Numbered from the stretch's first letter, positions 45,666-59,250 are shown. The stretch is 64,000 bases of DNA from the human T2T-CHM13v2.0 reference genome, Homo sapiens (GCF_009914755.1 NC_060925.1), one strand, 5' to 3'. Notes: a model not told the origin generated them from the sequence alone. Translations and numbers: made by a program.

Positions 45666-46295
45666 TAAACTCCGGACCTCCATCCGCCTTGGCCTCTCAA
45701 AGCGCTGAGATTACAGGAATGAGCCACTGCACTCAGCCTCAGATCAATTATTTAAACAAACTCAGTCAATATAAAAAAAATTAAAAAAACATGATAAGCA
45801 AATAACAGCCAAGGTGGTACAATGTTATGGCAAAACTGTAAAAATAGTGTGGAAATAATTGAAGTTTAGAGGAACAAGAGCACTGTGCTCAGAATGAGGA
45901 AATCTGATTTGAGGTCCGGCTCCCTTTGTACTATCGTCCCAGGCAGGCAATGCTGCATGGTACTGAGTGTGTTATGAGGGATAGAGACTTGCCAACATTA
46001 ACAGATTATTACAAAGGGTATATGTTTGAGTACAGAAACCTCAGACTTTATAGTGTTAGAGGGGAGACAAAAACATAAATAGTTGTGTAATAACTCAAAG
46101 ACTGTGATAAGTATTACAAATGGGTTAAAAACCCTAGACAAAGGAAATAGGAAGAAGTTAATTACCTGAGTGTATGTATATGATAAGAATGGCTATCATT
46201 AGGCTGGGCACGGTGGCTCACACCTGTAATCCCAGCACTTTGGGAGGCCGAGGCGGGCGGATCACAAGGTCAGGAGATCGAGACCATCCTGGCTA

Positions 46296-46520
<225 letters not shown>

Positions 46521-47318
46521 CTAGGTGCTTTGTTGTATTATCTCATTTATTTCTCACCATTCAGGAACTGGGTTTAGAGAGGCTAAATAATTGACCCATG
46601 ATTAATACTGGTGATGATGATGTTTACGACTGAATACTTATTGTATGCCCAGCCCTGTACTGAGTCCTTTATATACATGATCTCCATTTAAGCTTCACCA
46701 CAAGACTCTGAGGTATTATTTTCCTTTTACAGATAAACTAAGGCTCACAGAGATCATGAAATTTGCAGTTAGTGAATGGTGCTGTTGCAATTTGATCTCA
46801 GGTGTGTTGGACTCCAAAGTCTGTTTCTTCATCTTCTGCTTCACTTCCAAGTCAGCAGCAGCTGAGCTGAGGGACCATGAGATGGCCATGCACTGGGATG
46901 GTCCATTGAGGGCTCTTTTGTGAAATGCGAGGTTCCAATCTTGGTTTCTCTAATGTGTGTCACAACTCTTTGTTTAATAATTTATACTCCTAAAAGCATA
47001 AAGTCCTAGAATCATGTGGGTGGCTAGCACTGTTCCATGACACTATAAGGTAATGTTGGTAAAGACATTTCAAAAGTAGACAAAAGAACTAGGTGGTAGG
47101 GTAAGGTAGGGCTATAGGATAGCTAGTCTGTGCGGGCTAAAAGCCATATTTCCTGTGGAAAGTTACAGTCAATTCTTAATAGATATGAAGGAATCTTCAG
47201 GATGTACTAAATCCAACCTCCTCATTTTACAAAGTAGAGGTTAAGGGCCAAAGGTCATACATTGGCAGAGGAATCAGGACACCACACATCTTGTGTCTCA
47301 ATGCTCTGTTCACTATGG

Positions 47319-47895
47319 CAGTGGTTTTCAAGGTGTGGTCTCCAGATCAGCAACCTCAGCATCACCTGGGAACTTGATGGAAATGCCCACCTTCAATCCA
47401 CTGAATCAGATTCTGTGTGTCAGGCCTCTAGCCCAAGCTAAGCCATCATATCCCCTGTGACCTGCACGTATACATCCAGATGGCCTGAAGCAACTGAAGA
47501 TCCACAAAAGTGAAAATAGCCTTAACTGATGACATTCCACCACTGTGATTTGTTTCTGCCCCACCCTAACTGATCAATGTACTTTGTAATTCTCCTTACC
47601 CTTGAGAATGTACTTTGTGAGATCCACCCGCTGCCCGCAAAACACTGCTCCTAACTCCACCGCCTATCCGAAAATCTATAAGAACTAATGATAATCCCAC
47701 CACCCTTTCCTGACTCTCTTTTCGGACTCAGCCCGCCGGCACCCAGGTAAAATAAACAGCCTTATTGCTCACACAAAGCCTGTTTGGTGGTCTCTTCACA
47801 TGGACGTGCGTGGCACTATGCAGGGGGAGCTCAGCAACACGTTTCAACATGCCTTCCAGGTGATTCTGATGCATGCTCACTTCTGAGAGCCACTC
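47319..47895. mobile_element. MER5A hAT MITE split by the proximal LTR7
   Basis: cagtggttttcaaggtgtggtc...cagcatcacctgggaactt on the left; ccaggtgattctgatgcatgc...tgagagccact on the right. Confidence 0.75.
47418..47815 (+). mobile_element. HERV-H solo LTR (LTR7 family), proximal copy
   Basis: tgtcaggcctctagcccaagctaagccatcatatcccctgtgacc ... ggtggtctcttcacatggacgtgcgtggca; TSD ctgtg/ctatg; TATAAG at 47677; AATAAA at 47751; inserted into a MER5A. Confidence 0.93.
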
Positions 47896-47982
47896 CAAAG
47901 AAGTATCTGCTACATATTATACACATATACCCCCACCCCCAGACCCGCAAGTTCTTCCTCTTTGTTCCCAGAAAAGGTTTGA

Positions 47983-48336
<354 letters not shown>

Positions 48337-49499
48337 TGAGACATTTTAGAGGGAGATCAGTCTATGGAACAAATGCTGGCCTGGGGCTGGTGGCCTGGGT
48401 GTGCTGTCTGGCCAATTTTGTGCGTGGAGTAAGCAGTGGGGAGAGGCGCTGGGTGTCAGGAAACTATGCCAGGCCCTGCCCTCCACCAACCCCAATCAAA
48501 GAGCTGAGAGGGGGTTCTTCTCCACACCATCCCACTACTTGTGTCCCTCACCTTCTCTGAGTCCTGGGTATTGGTGCTGGGAACTCTGCAACAGATTTCC
48601 TGAAGGCAGGTGGCCTGTGGAAGGAAGGCAGAGGAGGGGGCCTGCAGAATGCAAAGGTGTACGGAAGGCATCTCTGCGCCCCTGCTGAAGATTTTTCACT
48701 TTATCCTGAAGGGAAGACAATATCTGAGGCCGGGAAATAATAAATATTGATTTTCACTTTATCAGTATTCCTGGCAGCTGCACGGAAAATGGAATGGCAC
48801 AGAAACTGGAGTCTTATGGGCACTTATCCCACTAGTTGGGGTGGGAAATTAAAGGCTGTGTGTAAGGTGGGCACAGATCTAACAGAATGTGGATTGGGAT
48901 ATGCAGGGGAGGGTGGAGTGGGGGAAGACAGACTCCATTTGGACTTGGTGAGTTATAGGTGCAGCACCAGCATAATGCGCATGGAAGTCCTGGAATCATT
49001 TACCAAGAAGGTCCTGAACACAGGTGAGGGACATCCCCTTCTTCCCTGTTCCCTAAGGCGCCTAGACTTTGGAGTCAGTCAGTCTTGGGTTCCAGCCTCC
49101 CGCTAGGACGCAATTTCTTGAGAGCAGGATTCGATCTGTTGTTCACGGCTAGATCCTAAGCGCCTAGAATAGTTTCTGGCACACAGTAGGCACTCAATAA
49201 ACATTTGCAGAATGAATCAATGAATGAATGGTCACGCTCCATTCCTCGGCTGTAAACACAATGAAATCACCTAGCCGCAAACTTGGCGCACAGTAGGCGC
49301 TCAACAAGTTGTATTTTTCCCTTCCCTTGCAGTAGACCGCGGTCCCCAGGCGACCGCGAAAGAAAAAAAGGGGTTTCTCTACCTCGCGTGGTCTGCACCT
49401 CGCTTCGCCCCCGCAGCCCTCGCTGGGTCGCAGGGAGCACGTGGGCCAGGCAGGCTGGGTGGGAGTGGAGTGGAGTGGAGGGGAGGGGGCGGCGGCCAG

Positions 49500-49644
49500 C
49501 GGCTCGCGCGGAGCCGGTCTCCCGGGCTTACGTAAGGCGCGAGTCCCGCGCGGCCGGCCGGGGCTCCGCGACTGGGCGGGCGGAGGCGGCGCCGCCCTGC
49601 AGGATCCGGGCTGGAAGCCTCTCGGAGTGCTGCCTCCAGCCAAG
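49500..49644 (+). other. AK4: Probable non-coding first exon of AK4 (5' end uncertain)
   Basis: GC-rich, ATG-free segment in the CpG island ending at a plausible donor CAAG|GTGTGT (49644/49645). Confidence 0.5.
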
Positions 49645-50256
49645 GTGTGTGTTTATTTGATTGCTTTTGGTGGCGAGGCGCGGGGCTCGGGCTCGTCGCG
49701 CGCCCCATGGCCGGGGAGCGCATCCGCCAACCCCGGGCGGAGGTGGGCCCCTCCGAGCGCGCGCGGGCGGCGGGCAGCGGCGGCAGCTGAGACTCCGGGG
49801 GATGTGACAGCCGCCGGGGAGGGGACGAGACGCAGACCACACGTTGCCCACGTGCGAGGACCGGGCAGGGGCTCAGCCCCTAGGCCGCCCGGTGCGTGGG
49901 GCGGCGGGGGCTGGCTTTGAGTCACCCCCGCTTGTGCCAGCTTCCCCGGCTCGGCGGAGACTGGCTTGGGGATGCCTGGCCGCCCGGCCCCCTTCTCGGA
50001 CGCGGCGTGGGGAGCGAGCTGGAGTTAAGGATGAAGGTGGGACTGGCCGGGCCGACCTCTGACCCCTGGAGGCCGAGTCGGCAGGGCGGGGCACGGCGCG
50101 CTTCAGCAGCTTTGCGTGGGGGCGAGGAGGTGGAGGAGGGCGAGGAGGTGGAGAAGGGCGGGGAGGTGTAGCGTGGCGCTCAGTCCGCCTGCTACTCGGT
50201 CCCGGCGCTGGGCTGAGGGGAGGGGTTGTCTTAAAAGTCTCTCCTTCCCCCTGTAG

Positions 50257-50386
50257 GGGCGGCCGGCGAGTCCCAGTGAGAGCGGAGGGTGCCAGAGGTA
50301 GGGGGCCGAGAAACAAAGTTCCCGGGGCTTCCTCCGGGGCCGCGGTCGGGGCTGCGCGTTTGACCGCCCCCCTCCTCGCGAAGGCA
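50257..50386 (+). other. AK4: 5'UTR part of the AK4 first coding exon (after a probable splice acceptor)
   Basis: Pyrimidine tract plus AG: tctctccttccccctgtAG|gggc ending at 50256; no ATG between 50257 and 50387. Confidence 0.65.
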
Positions 50387-50531
50387 ATGGCTTCCAAACT
50401 CCTGCGCGCGGTCATCCTCGGGCCGCCCGGCTCGGGCAAGGGCACCGTGTGCCAGAGGATCGCCCAGAACTTTGGTCTCCAGCATCTCTCCAGCGGCCAC
50501 TTCTTGCGGGAGAACATCAAGGCCAGCACCG
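50387..50531 (+). CDS. AK4: Adenylate kinase 4 (mitochondrial), first coding exon (48 codons + 1 nt); the rest of the gene lies beyond the window
   Basis: ATG at 50387 in good Kozak context (gcaATGg). Translation [48 protein letters not shown] contains the [10 protein letters not shown]-loop and matches the AK4 N-terminus. It ends at donor G|GTGAGG (50531/50532), so this is the intron-containing parent gene, not a processed AK4 pseudogene. Confidence 0.97.
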
Positions 50532-51998
50532 GTGAGGGGCTGCGGGGACGAGGGCCGGGGGCGAGCCGCGTTGGGCTGGGGTGAGGCCCTGGAGGGACTG
50601 GGGCTCCCGGATCACGGCGCCCTTCCCCCGCCCGCGTGTGGTCGTGCAGGCTCGTACGTGCCGGGGCGCATGCAGCTGGCGGCCGCGCGGCTTAACCGCG
50701 CCTGGGGAGGAGGCCGAGGCTCCAGGGGCGGCCGGTGGGAGGTGCCCACGGCTCCTCTCCACCGCTCCTCCTGTCGCGAGGAATAGCCCGAGCCACCCGG
50801 CCGAGGGAACGAGAACTAGGCAGGGAAAACCCGGAGCTTCCGTCTCACGCTGCCCTCCTTAAGGCAGAGCCGTCCCCGTACCCCTTAGCCCTGGCCCCCT
50901 CCCCCGAGTCCCTAGAGAGCCGCGCGCCCCCTCCCGCGGGAGCCCAGAGGCGGAGCGCCGCCCACCTGTGGCAGTCGGGCGGGGCCGCGCGCCGGGGAAC
51001 CTGTGGCGCCGGGGGGCTCGCAGCCTCGCGCCTCTCCAGCCCCTCCACGCAGCCTCGGGCCTCGGGGCAGAGCCCTGGGTGGCTTTGAAAGGCCTGTCTG
51101 TTCGTTGTCGCCTTCTAAGGTAAACTCTCCCCAGCAACTCCCCCCCCTCCCGAAGCCGCCGGGCCTGGCCGTCAGGAGACTCGGAGGAGACTCGTTCTGA
51201 TAAATTACATTTTGTAATGCAGCTTTCCTGGAAATGGCTTCTTGAGCTGCCTCCCTTGGCATGAGATGCCTCCTTTGGCTGGCGTGGTGAACTTGGGGAT
51301 ATATAGATCGCCTGATTTCTTAGTCTGACGGGGTTGAGTGCGTCCCTTTCCCCCTCTCCTCCCACTCCACGTTCACACCAGTTCCGAAAGAATTGGCGTT
51401 AAAAGGCGAGAGGTAGCGGTTGTGCTGCTGCGAGGCTCTTAACCCTTCTGGGATGGAGATGCTGGTAATTAGCAACTCCTTTATGAAAAGTTGTTCTTCC
51501 CAGCAGGGGTCCTTTACTGTCGATGTACTTCTCAAGGATGTCCGGGCTGGTTATTGCCCATCATGGACTAATTATCCGGAGATCTGCATTTCAGAAGCAC
51601 AGACTGGCTTGAAAAGGAAGGTGGAGGACAGTACCAGAAAACAAAAGGAAAGCTTAAAAGCAAGGAATTAAGAAGTATCTCCAGAATTGTATTCCTTATC
51701 TCTTAAGCAGATTGAAAAAGCGGACTTTTACAGGAAACTCTTCCCCCACCCCCATGTCTCAAAAGGAAGAATTATGTGTACCAGATTGCACTTGAGTTTT
51801 CTGTTGTGGGTATTGTTACCTCAAGTGCGCCTATTTTGATTTTAATACATTCACATGCATTTTATTCTTGAAATGCTGCGGTTTGAGGGGAGAGCGGCCT
51901 GAGGGGGAAGGCTGGCTCTCATCCTAATGGTTTTGTGTTTAGGTTGGGCTTCTTCATGGTAGGGGCATGGAGTCAGTGAAGGAAGACAGTGAGAAGAG

Positions 51999-52102
51999 AT
52001 GAGCCCATTCCATAATTCTCTGTACCTGACTAGGAGACTTGTTTCCTTCTATGAGCCCATTCCATAATTCTCTGTACCTTACTTGGTGACTTGTTTCCTT
52101 CT
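51999..52102. repeat. 52-bp tandem duplication (2 copies)
   Basis: atgagcccattccataattctctgtacct(g/t)act(a/t)gg(a/t)gacttgtttccttct at 51999-52050 and 52051-52102. Confidence 0.95.
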
Positions 52103-52939
52103 GGAATGAAGGGCTTCACACTGTCCATCCTGGGACTGGACTCATAGCCCTTTCCATGTTTAAAGAGAGTGTGATGGGAAGTAGCTTATTTCTGCACTTT
52201 CTTAGGGGCTTTGAAAATTTTCCATTTGCTCTTTTCCCTTGTTCTCTCTTTCTCTCTCTCTCTCTTTTTTTTTTTTAACTTTCCTGTGTTCTAAATTTTA
52301 GTTTTCATTCTCTTTCAAATGCCTTCATTTCCTCCCCAGTGATCCTCCCTGGAGTGAGAAATGACTATGAAATGTTTAGATTTTCTTTTTTCTGTTGGGA
52401 ATCAAGCAGCTTTTTGCATGAGCCAATTAAAAAAAAAACTTTATCAAAGAAAGAAGAAAAATAAAGGACAGCAATTTGTTTTGAAAGTGGCTTGTTTCTA
52501 GTGAACTTTCGGGTTATCGGATTATTTTTCCCTCTCAGAAGGTCTGAGAATCTTATAGGCTTACTGCCTGGTAAATAAAACATTCCTTTCCACGGTATTT
52601 ATTTTTCTGTCTGTTACCTGCTGTTTGCTTTTAGCTGATTTCCTGGTGGGAAACACAACCACCCTTCTGTATGTACCCTTTATAATGGAAGGTTTGAAGG
52701 AGACGATGAAGCACAACAAAAACCCAGGAAATAGAACCGTGTAGGAATTTGAATTGGAAAGTAGCTCCGGCCATCTGCTCCAGCCTGGATTTGGGCACAC
52801 TCTTGTCTACATGGCTTTCCTCCTCCTGCAGCCTGGTGAAAAGCTGCTCTTTCAGGAAAGGGCCATTCTGATGTCATTGCTTCTTGGAAGTCTTCCCTCA
52901 CCTGCTCTGGCAGAATTCATCTCTTTCCTCTGCACATAA

Positions 52940-53182
<243 letters not shown>

Positions 53183-54050
53183 TGATCCACCCGTCTTGGC
53201 CTCCCAAAGTGCTGGGATTACAAATGTGAGCCACCGCACCTGACCTCCTCTCCTCTGCACATGTCTTATTGATTCTAATGTTGCAGTCATATATCATGCA
53301 GTGTAAAAATGCCTGTCTCACACCCAGTAAGATATCTGCTGAGTGGCTGCTGTGCGTCAATGTTCTAGGTGCTGGGGGCAATAGCATTAAGATAATCTTG
53401 TGCCTCTTTTATTATTATTTATAGATAGGGGTTTTGCTTTAGTGCCCAGGCTGGTCTCAAACTCTTGGCTCAGTCTCCCAAAATGTTGGGATTACAGGTG
53501 TGAGCCACTGCACCTGGCCCATTCTTGGGCCTTTTGTTCTTTCTGCCTATACCATTGTACAATTTCCACTCTGAAACTTGGAGGACAGGGATCAGGCAAA
53601 GTACCTAATGTATAAAAGGAGCTTACCGAGTCTGTATTAAAGGCCTGGGTCACAAATTCTAGACAGTACATCTTAGTCCAGAAGTCAAGCAACCTATAGC
53701 ATAGAGACCATTTTGTTTAATTAGCTCTGATTTATGGTAAAAGTTTGTGCTTAATATGGATCTGAGATTAGCTTCATGGTAGCTGTCACCCATTGGCCCT
53801 TCCTACACTGCCTAGAGTGGTACAGGCTGAGGCTTATCAGATACCTCATTTGAAGAGTCACACCCATATCTTTGGCTCAGATTTTCTTTAGCACACTGCA
53901 AGAGTAAATAGAAGGGAGAGTTCTCTTAGATTGCCAGGAGTTGGGTCTTACCCTCTGTTGTAAGAAATATTAGCTTTTCTCTGTGTATGTATGGGTATGC
54001 ACATGTATGTATGAGTATACACACACACACAGGGACTGGCACTCTATTGA

Positions 54051-54607
<557 letters not shown>

Positions 54608-55684
54608 TGACCTCATGATCTGCCTGCCTCGGCCTCCCAAAGTGCTGGGATTACAGGCGTGAGCCACCGCACCTGGCCTCTGCTTCTCAATATTAACTGC
54701 AGCTCTTGCTGGAGTTTTGCTGATGGGACTAGCATTTCAAGTTAGTCTATGGGCCCAGCCTCTTTTTGAAAAGATGGCCTAGTTCAGAGGGCTCAGGGTT
54801 CTTTTTGGTGCTCATTAAGTATAAATGTGTGTCTTATGTAAGAGGGAAAACTTCTGAGAACTGGAAGATAGAAACATTGTATTAGAGAGACTTGGGAGCC
54901 AGAGTTCAACAATGTATCTAAAACAGGTTTCAATAGTTATCCTTTTTATAGATCATACAGAGTCTTGGCTTATTACAGGGTTTCTAGAGTATGTTCTATT
55001 CCATTTCCCCCCCTAGCTGGGTGAGACTCAGGATGTAGCACAGGTCAAGCAAGGGTCTGACTGGTTTTGAGACCTCTCCAGTCCAAAGGTCCACTCCATA
55101 TCCACTTATTGTTGCTTTTTTGGTTTCTTTGAGGATTTTCACACATATTTGAAGAACACTATTTGTGACTTGAATAAGGCATTCCATGACAGTAAGTCTG
55201 CCTTAGCCACATGTACATCTGAATCTTTGCACATTCTTCCAGTGGGATTTTTTTTCTTCTTCTTTTTGAGACATAGTTTCACTCTGTGACCTAGGCTGGA
55301 GTGCAGTGGCATGAACACGGCTTACTGTGGCCTTGATTTCCCGGGCTCAAGTGATTGTCTTACCTCAGCCCCTTAAGTAGCTGGGGCTACAGGCATGCAC
55401 CACCATGCCCGGATAATTTCGTATTTTTTTGGTAGAGTTAGGGTTTCTACGTGTTGCCCAGGCTGGTCTTGAACCCCTTAGTTCAGGCAGTCTGCCCGCC
55501 TCGGCCTCCCAAAATGCTGAGATTACAGGTGTGAGTCACCATGCCTGGCCAGGATCATTTTTTAGAAGTAGTTTTTTCTGATCAAAGTCATGCCTTGTAC
55601 AAAATTTAGAAAATATAAAACGGTAGAAGAAATGAAAGCAGCAAGTAAAAGTTACCCTTAATTCCTTAAGGGTAATTTAAGCAA

Positions 55685-56310
55685 ATAAATTAAAGGTGAC
55701 TGTCTTAGGTTGTGTGATTAGGGAAGGCCTCTCCAGGAGGTGAATGTCCTCATTCATACCGTAAACAATGAGCTTGTGATGATTAGGAACAGGTTGTTCC
55801 AGGAAGAAGGAACAGCAAGTGCAAAGGCCCTAAGGTGGGAATTAGCATAGCGTGTCTGAGGAACAGAAAGAAGTGGCAGTATGTTTGGAGCCTAGCAAGT
55901 AGAAGGGATGTGGAAGTAGGTCAGGTCAGAGAGACGAGCAGGTGCCAGATCAGGTAGAGCCTGGGGGATCCTGGTAAGGATTGGATTTTATTCCAAGGGC
56001 ACTGGAAAGCCAAGGAAGGGTTTTCCATAGGACAATGACATGAAAAGATTTACTTTCTAAAAGTTGATCTTTTGCCTGCTGTGTGGAGAGGTGACTCAGG
56101 TGAGCAAGAGGGAGACCAGTATGGATGAGGAGAGTGGCCTGTGGTTTGAACTTGTTGGTGGCAAAGGAGGAGAGAAATAAAGGGATTTGGGATATATATG
56201 AAGGCAGAGCTGACTGGATATAATGAATTGGTTGTGAGAGGTGATGGAGAGAAAGAAGTCTACAATGAATCCTAGGGTTTTGCCCTGAGCGCCTGCCTGG
56301 GTGAATGTGC
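55685..56310. mobile_element. L2 fragment
   Basis: gggaaggcctctccaggaggtga...ttccaggaagaaggaacagcaagtgcaaaggccctaagg...ttggattttattcc is typical L2 3' sequence; similar L2 relics occur at ~19240-21170. Confidence 0.65.
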
Positions 56311-56399
56311 TATAGGGTTGAATGAACTAGAATGTGTCTAACCAATCTTTTGTGGAACATTTGGGTTATTTGCATACTTTGCTGATTAAGAATGCCCTT

Positions 56400-56716
56400 G
56401 GAAGAGCACATGCATGGGCTAGCTCCTTCCTTTTATCTTGTTGCACTCCTGACAGCAAGATGGGTCACCAGCAGCTGTACTGGAGCCACTGCTGAAAATT
56501 CAGCCAGGGTTCTCGCTCTTGTCGCGTCTGTTCAAACCGGCACTGTCTGATCCAGAAATGTGGCCTCAATACGTGCTGCCAGTGTTTCCGTCAGTACGCG
56601 AACGATATCAGTTTTATTAAGTTGGACTAAATGATCCTCCTTCAAAGGATTATCCAAGGCATCTACCCAATACAAAACCACGATAGTTCTTTGTACATAA
56701 AATAAACATTCAAACA
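56400..56716 (+). pseudogene. RPS29 processed pseudogene in the AK4 intron
   Basis: 56460-56630 translates [55 protein letters not shown], colinear with RPS29 (56 aa) and intronless. Premature TGA at 56493-56495; 5'TOP-like cttccttttat leader; AATAAA at ~56701; degenerate TSD aagaatgccctt (56388) / aagaacgctctt (56717). Confidence 0.95.
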
Positions 56717-56849
56717 AAGAACGCTCTTACAAATGTCATTGTGTACAAATCACTGGACAGATATACTTTCTCTGGGATAGGTTTCTAGGAATGAAACTAC
56801 TGGCCAAAATAGAACTTAAATCATAGGGAGAATTTTTTTTTTTTTTTAA

Positions 56850-57062
<213 letters not shown>

Positions 57063-57197
57063 TAGGTGATCCACCTGCCTCGGCCTCCCAAAGTGCTGGG
57101 ATTACAGGTGTGAGCCACCACACCCGGCCGACATAGGGAGCGTTTTAAACGTAGCTTACAAATATTCACTCAAGTTCTTGGTAGTTTATAGGTGCTA

Positions 57198-57485
<288 letters not shown>

Positions 57486-58504
57486 TTAGGTATGGATATA
57501 TGTAGCATACATATAAACTGATTTTCTGATTATAGAAATAATATGTATAAGTTAGCAAAAGTTTATAAAGATGAAAACAATCACTTGTAATTTACCAACT
57601 GGAAGGAAAAGTCACTGCTAATACTTTTTTTTTTTTTTTAGATGGAGTTTTGCTTTAGATGGAGTCTAGCCTTGCTCTGTCGCCTAGGCTAGAGTGCAGT
57701 GGCGTGTTCTCGGCTCTTGGCTCGCTGCAACCTCCACCTCCCGGGTTCAAGTGATTCTCCTGCCTCAGCCTCCCAAGTAGCTGGGATTATAGGCACTTGC
57801 CACCATGCCTGGCTTAATTTTTTGTATTTTTAGTAGAGACGGTTTCACCGTATTGGCCAGGCTGGTCTCGAACTCCTGACCTCAAGTGATCTGCCCGCCT
57901 TGGCTTCCCAAAGTGCTGGGATTACAGGCATGAGCCACCTTCCACACACACACACATAGATTTTGAGTTACATTATTATTGCATTGTATTATAGTATTAC
58001 TGTTTTGAAAATTGCTTTAACAATGTGTCATCTAGTATTTTCCAATTTTGTTAAATACTGTTTTTTAATGTGAGTTAAGTACTCATGTATAATTCCAATA
58101 TTCAAATATAATTTGTTATTCCATTTTTACTTTTGAAAAGGTAAAAAGGTACATGCAGATAGTAAAATTTTCAAATAATACACTAGGAATAGAGTGGAAA
58201 GTTTCATGCCTATCCCTGACTCTTGGTTCCCCAGTTTCTCTCCACAGGGGTATCTGCTTTTAACTTTTTTTGGATGTGTATCCAAAGATTTTGTCATATA
58301 TCTATAGCATTTATGTGTGTATAGCAGTGCCTCTTTTTTTTAATGTACACATTTGTTCTTTGTATTGCACTTAAGAAAAACTTAGCAGTAAAGCTTAGAT
58401 AGTGGTTTCCATCAGCATGTATCAGTTTACTTTATTCTTTTAAAAAGATATCTGCATTATTTTTTATTGTACAGATATATCATAGTTTATTTAGCCTTTC
58501 TCTT

Positions 58505-59250
58505 ACATTTTGGCCTCAGGTCCTTTTTAACACGTTTGAAAATTGAGAACCAAAGAAGCTTTGTTTATGTGGGTTACATATATAGATGTTAAATGGATTT
58601 GAAATTAAAATTTAGAAAATTTGCCGGGCTCGGTGGCTCATGCCTGTAATCCCAGCACTTTGGGAGGCTGAGGCGGGCAGATCATGAGGTCAGGAGTTTG
58701 AGACCAGCCTGACGAACATGGTGAAACCCCGTCTCTACTAAAAATACAAAAATTAGCCGGGCGTGGTGGCACATGCCTGTAATCTCAGCTACTCTGGAGG
58801 CTGAGATTTACTTGAGAATTGCTTGAACCCGGGAGGCGGAGGTTGCAGTGAGCCAAGATTGCCCCACTGCACTCCAGCCTGGACGACAGGGCGAGACTGT
58901 GTCTCAAAAAAAAAAAAAAAGAAAGAAAATTGAGAAAATTTAAAAATATTAATTCATCAAAATAACAATAATCCACTGTATGTTAACAGATTTCTGTGAA
59001 AATTAACTATTTTCCAAAATGAAATCTAATGAGAAAAGTACTGTTATTTTTGCACATTTGCAAATCTTTCTGGCCTAATAGAAGAAAACTTTATTGTCAT
59101 ATCTGGTTCTTCATTCAGTCTTTGGTGCTATGTTGTTTTGGTTAAAGTATTTGAAGAACATCTGGCTTTATACACATGTAATTAAAGGGGAACTCATGGA
59201 CCCCTGAAAAGGTCTCATGGACTCACAGGAGTCCTGGGACCACAATTTAA
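58505..59250. mobile_element. hAT-Charlie1-like fragment interrupted by an Alu (~58624-58930)
   Basis: aaaattgagaaccaaagaagctttgtttatgtgggtta ... ctcatggacccctgaaaaggtctcatggact...gggaccaca resembles Charlie1 termini. Confidence 0.5.

Larger units (their letters stand above)
49330..51200. promoter_or_regulatory. CpG island / AK4 promoter
   Basis: Very high GC and CpG density compared with the CpG-depleted flanks. Contains GC boxes (gggcgg), CACGTG at 49438-49443 and 49849-49854, and TACGTG at 50655-50660. Confidence 0.93.

Noticed and set aside
50387-50531. AK3 or an AK4 processed pseudogene
   Set aside because: The [26 protein letters not shown]-terminus is AK4-type, and the reading frame is interrupted by a GT intron inside an intact CpG island.
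49194-51365. Multiple 100-218 aa ORFs on both strands in the CpG island
   Set aside because: Low-complexity Pro/Arg/Gly/Ala translations expected from stop-poor GC-rich DNA; only the AK4 frame has recognisable homology.
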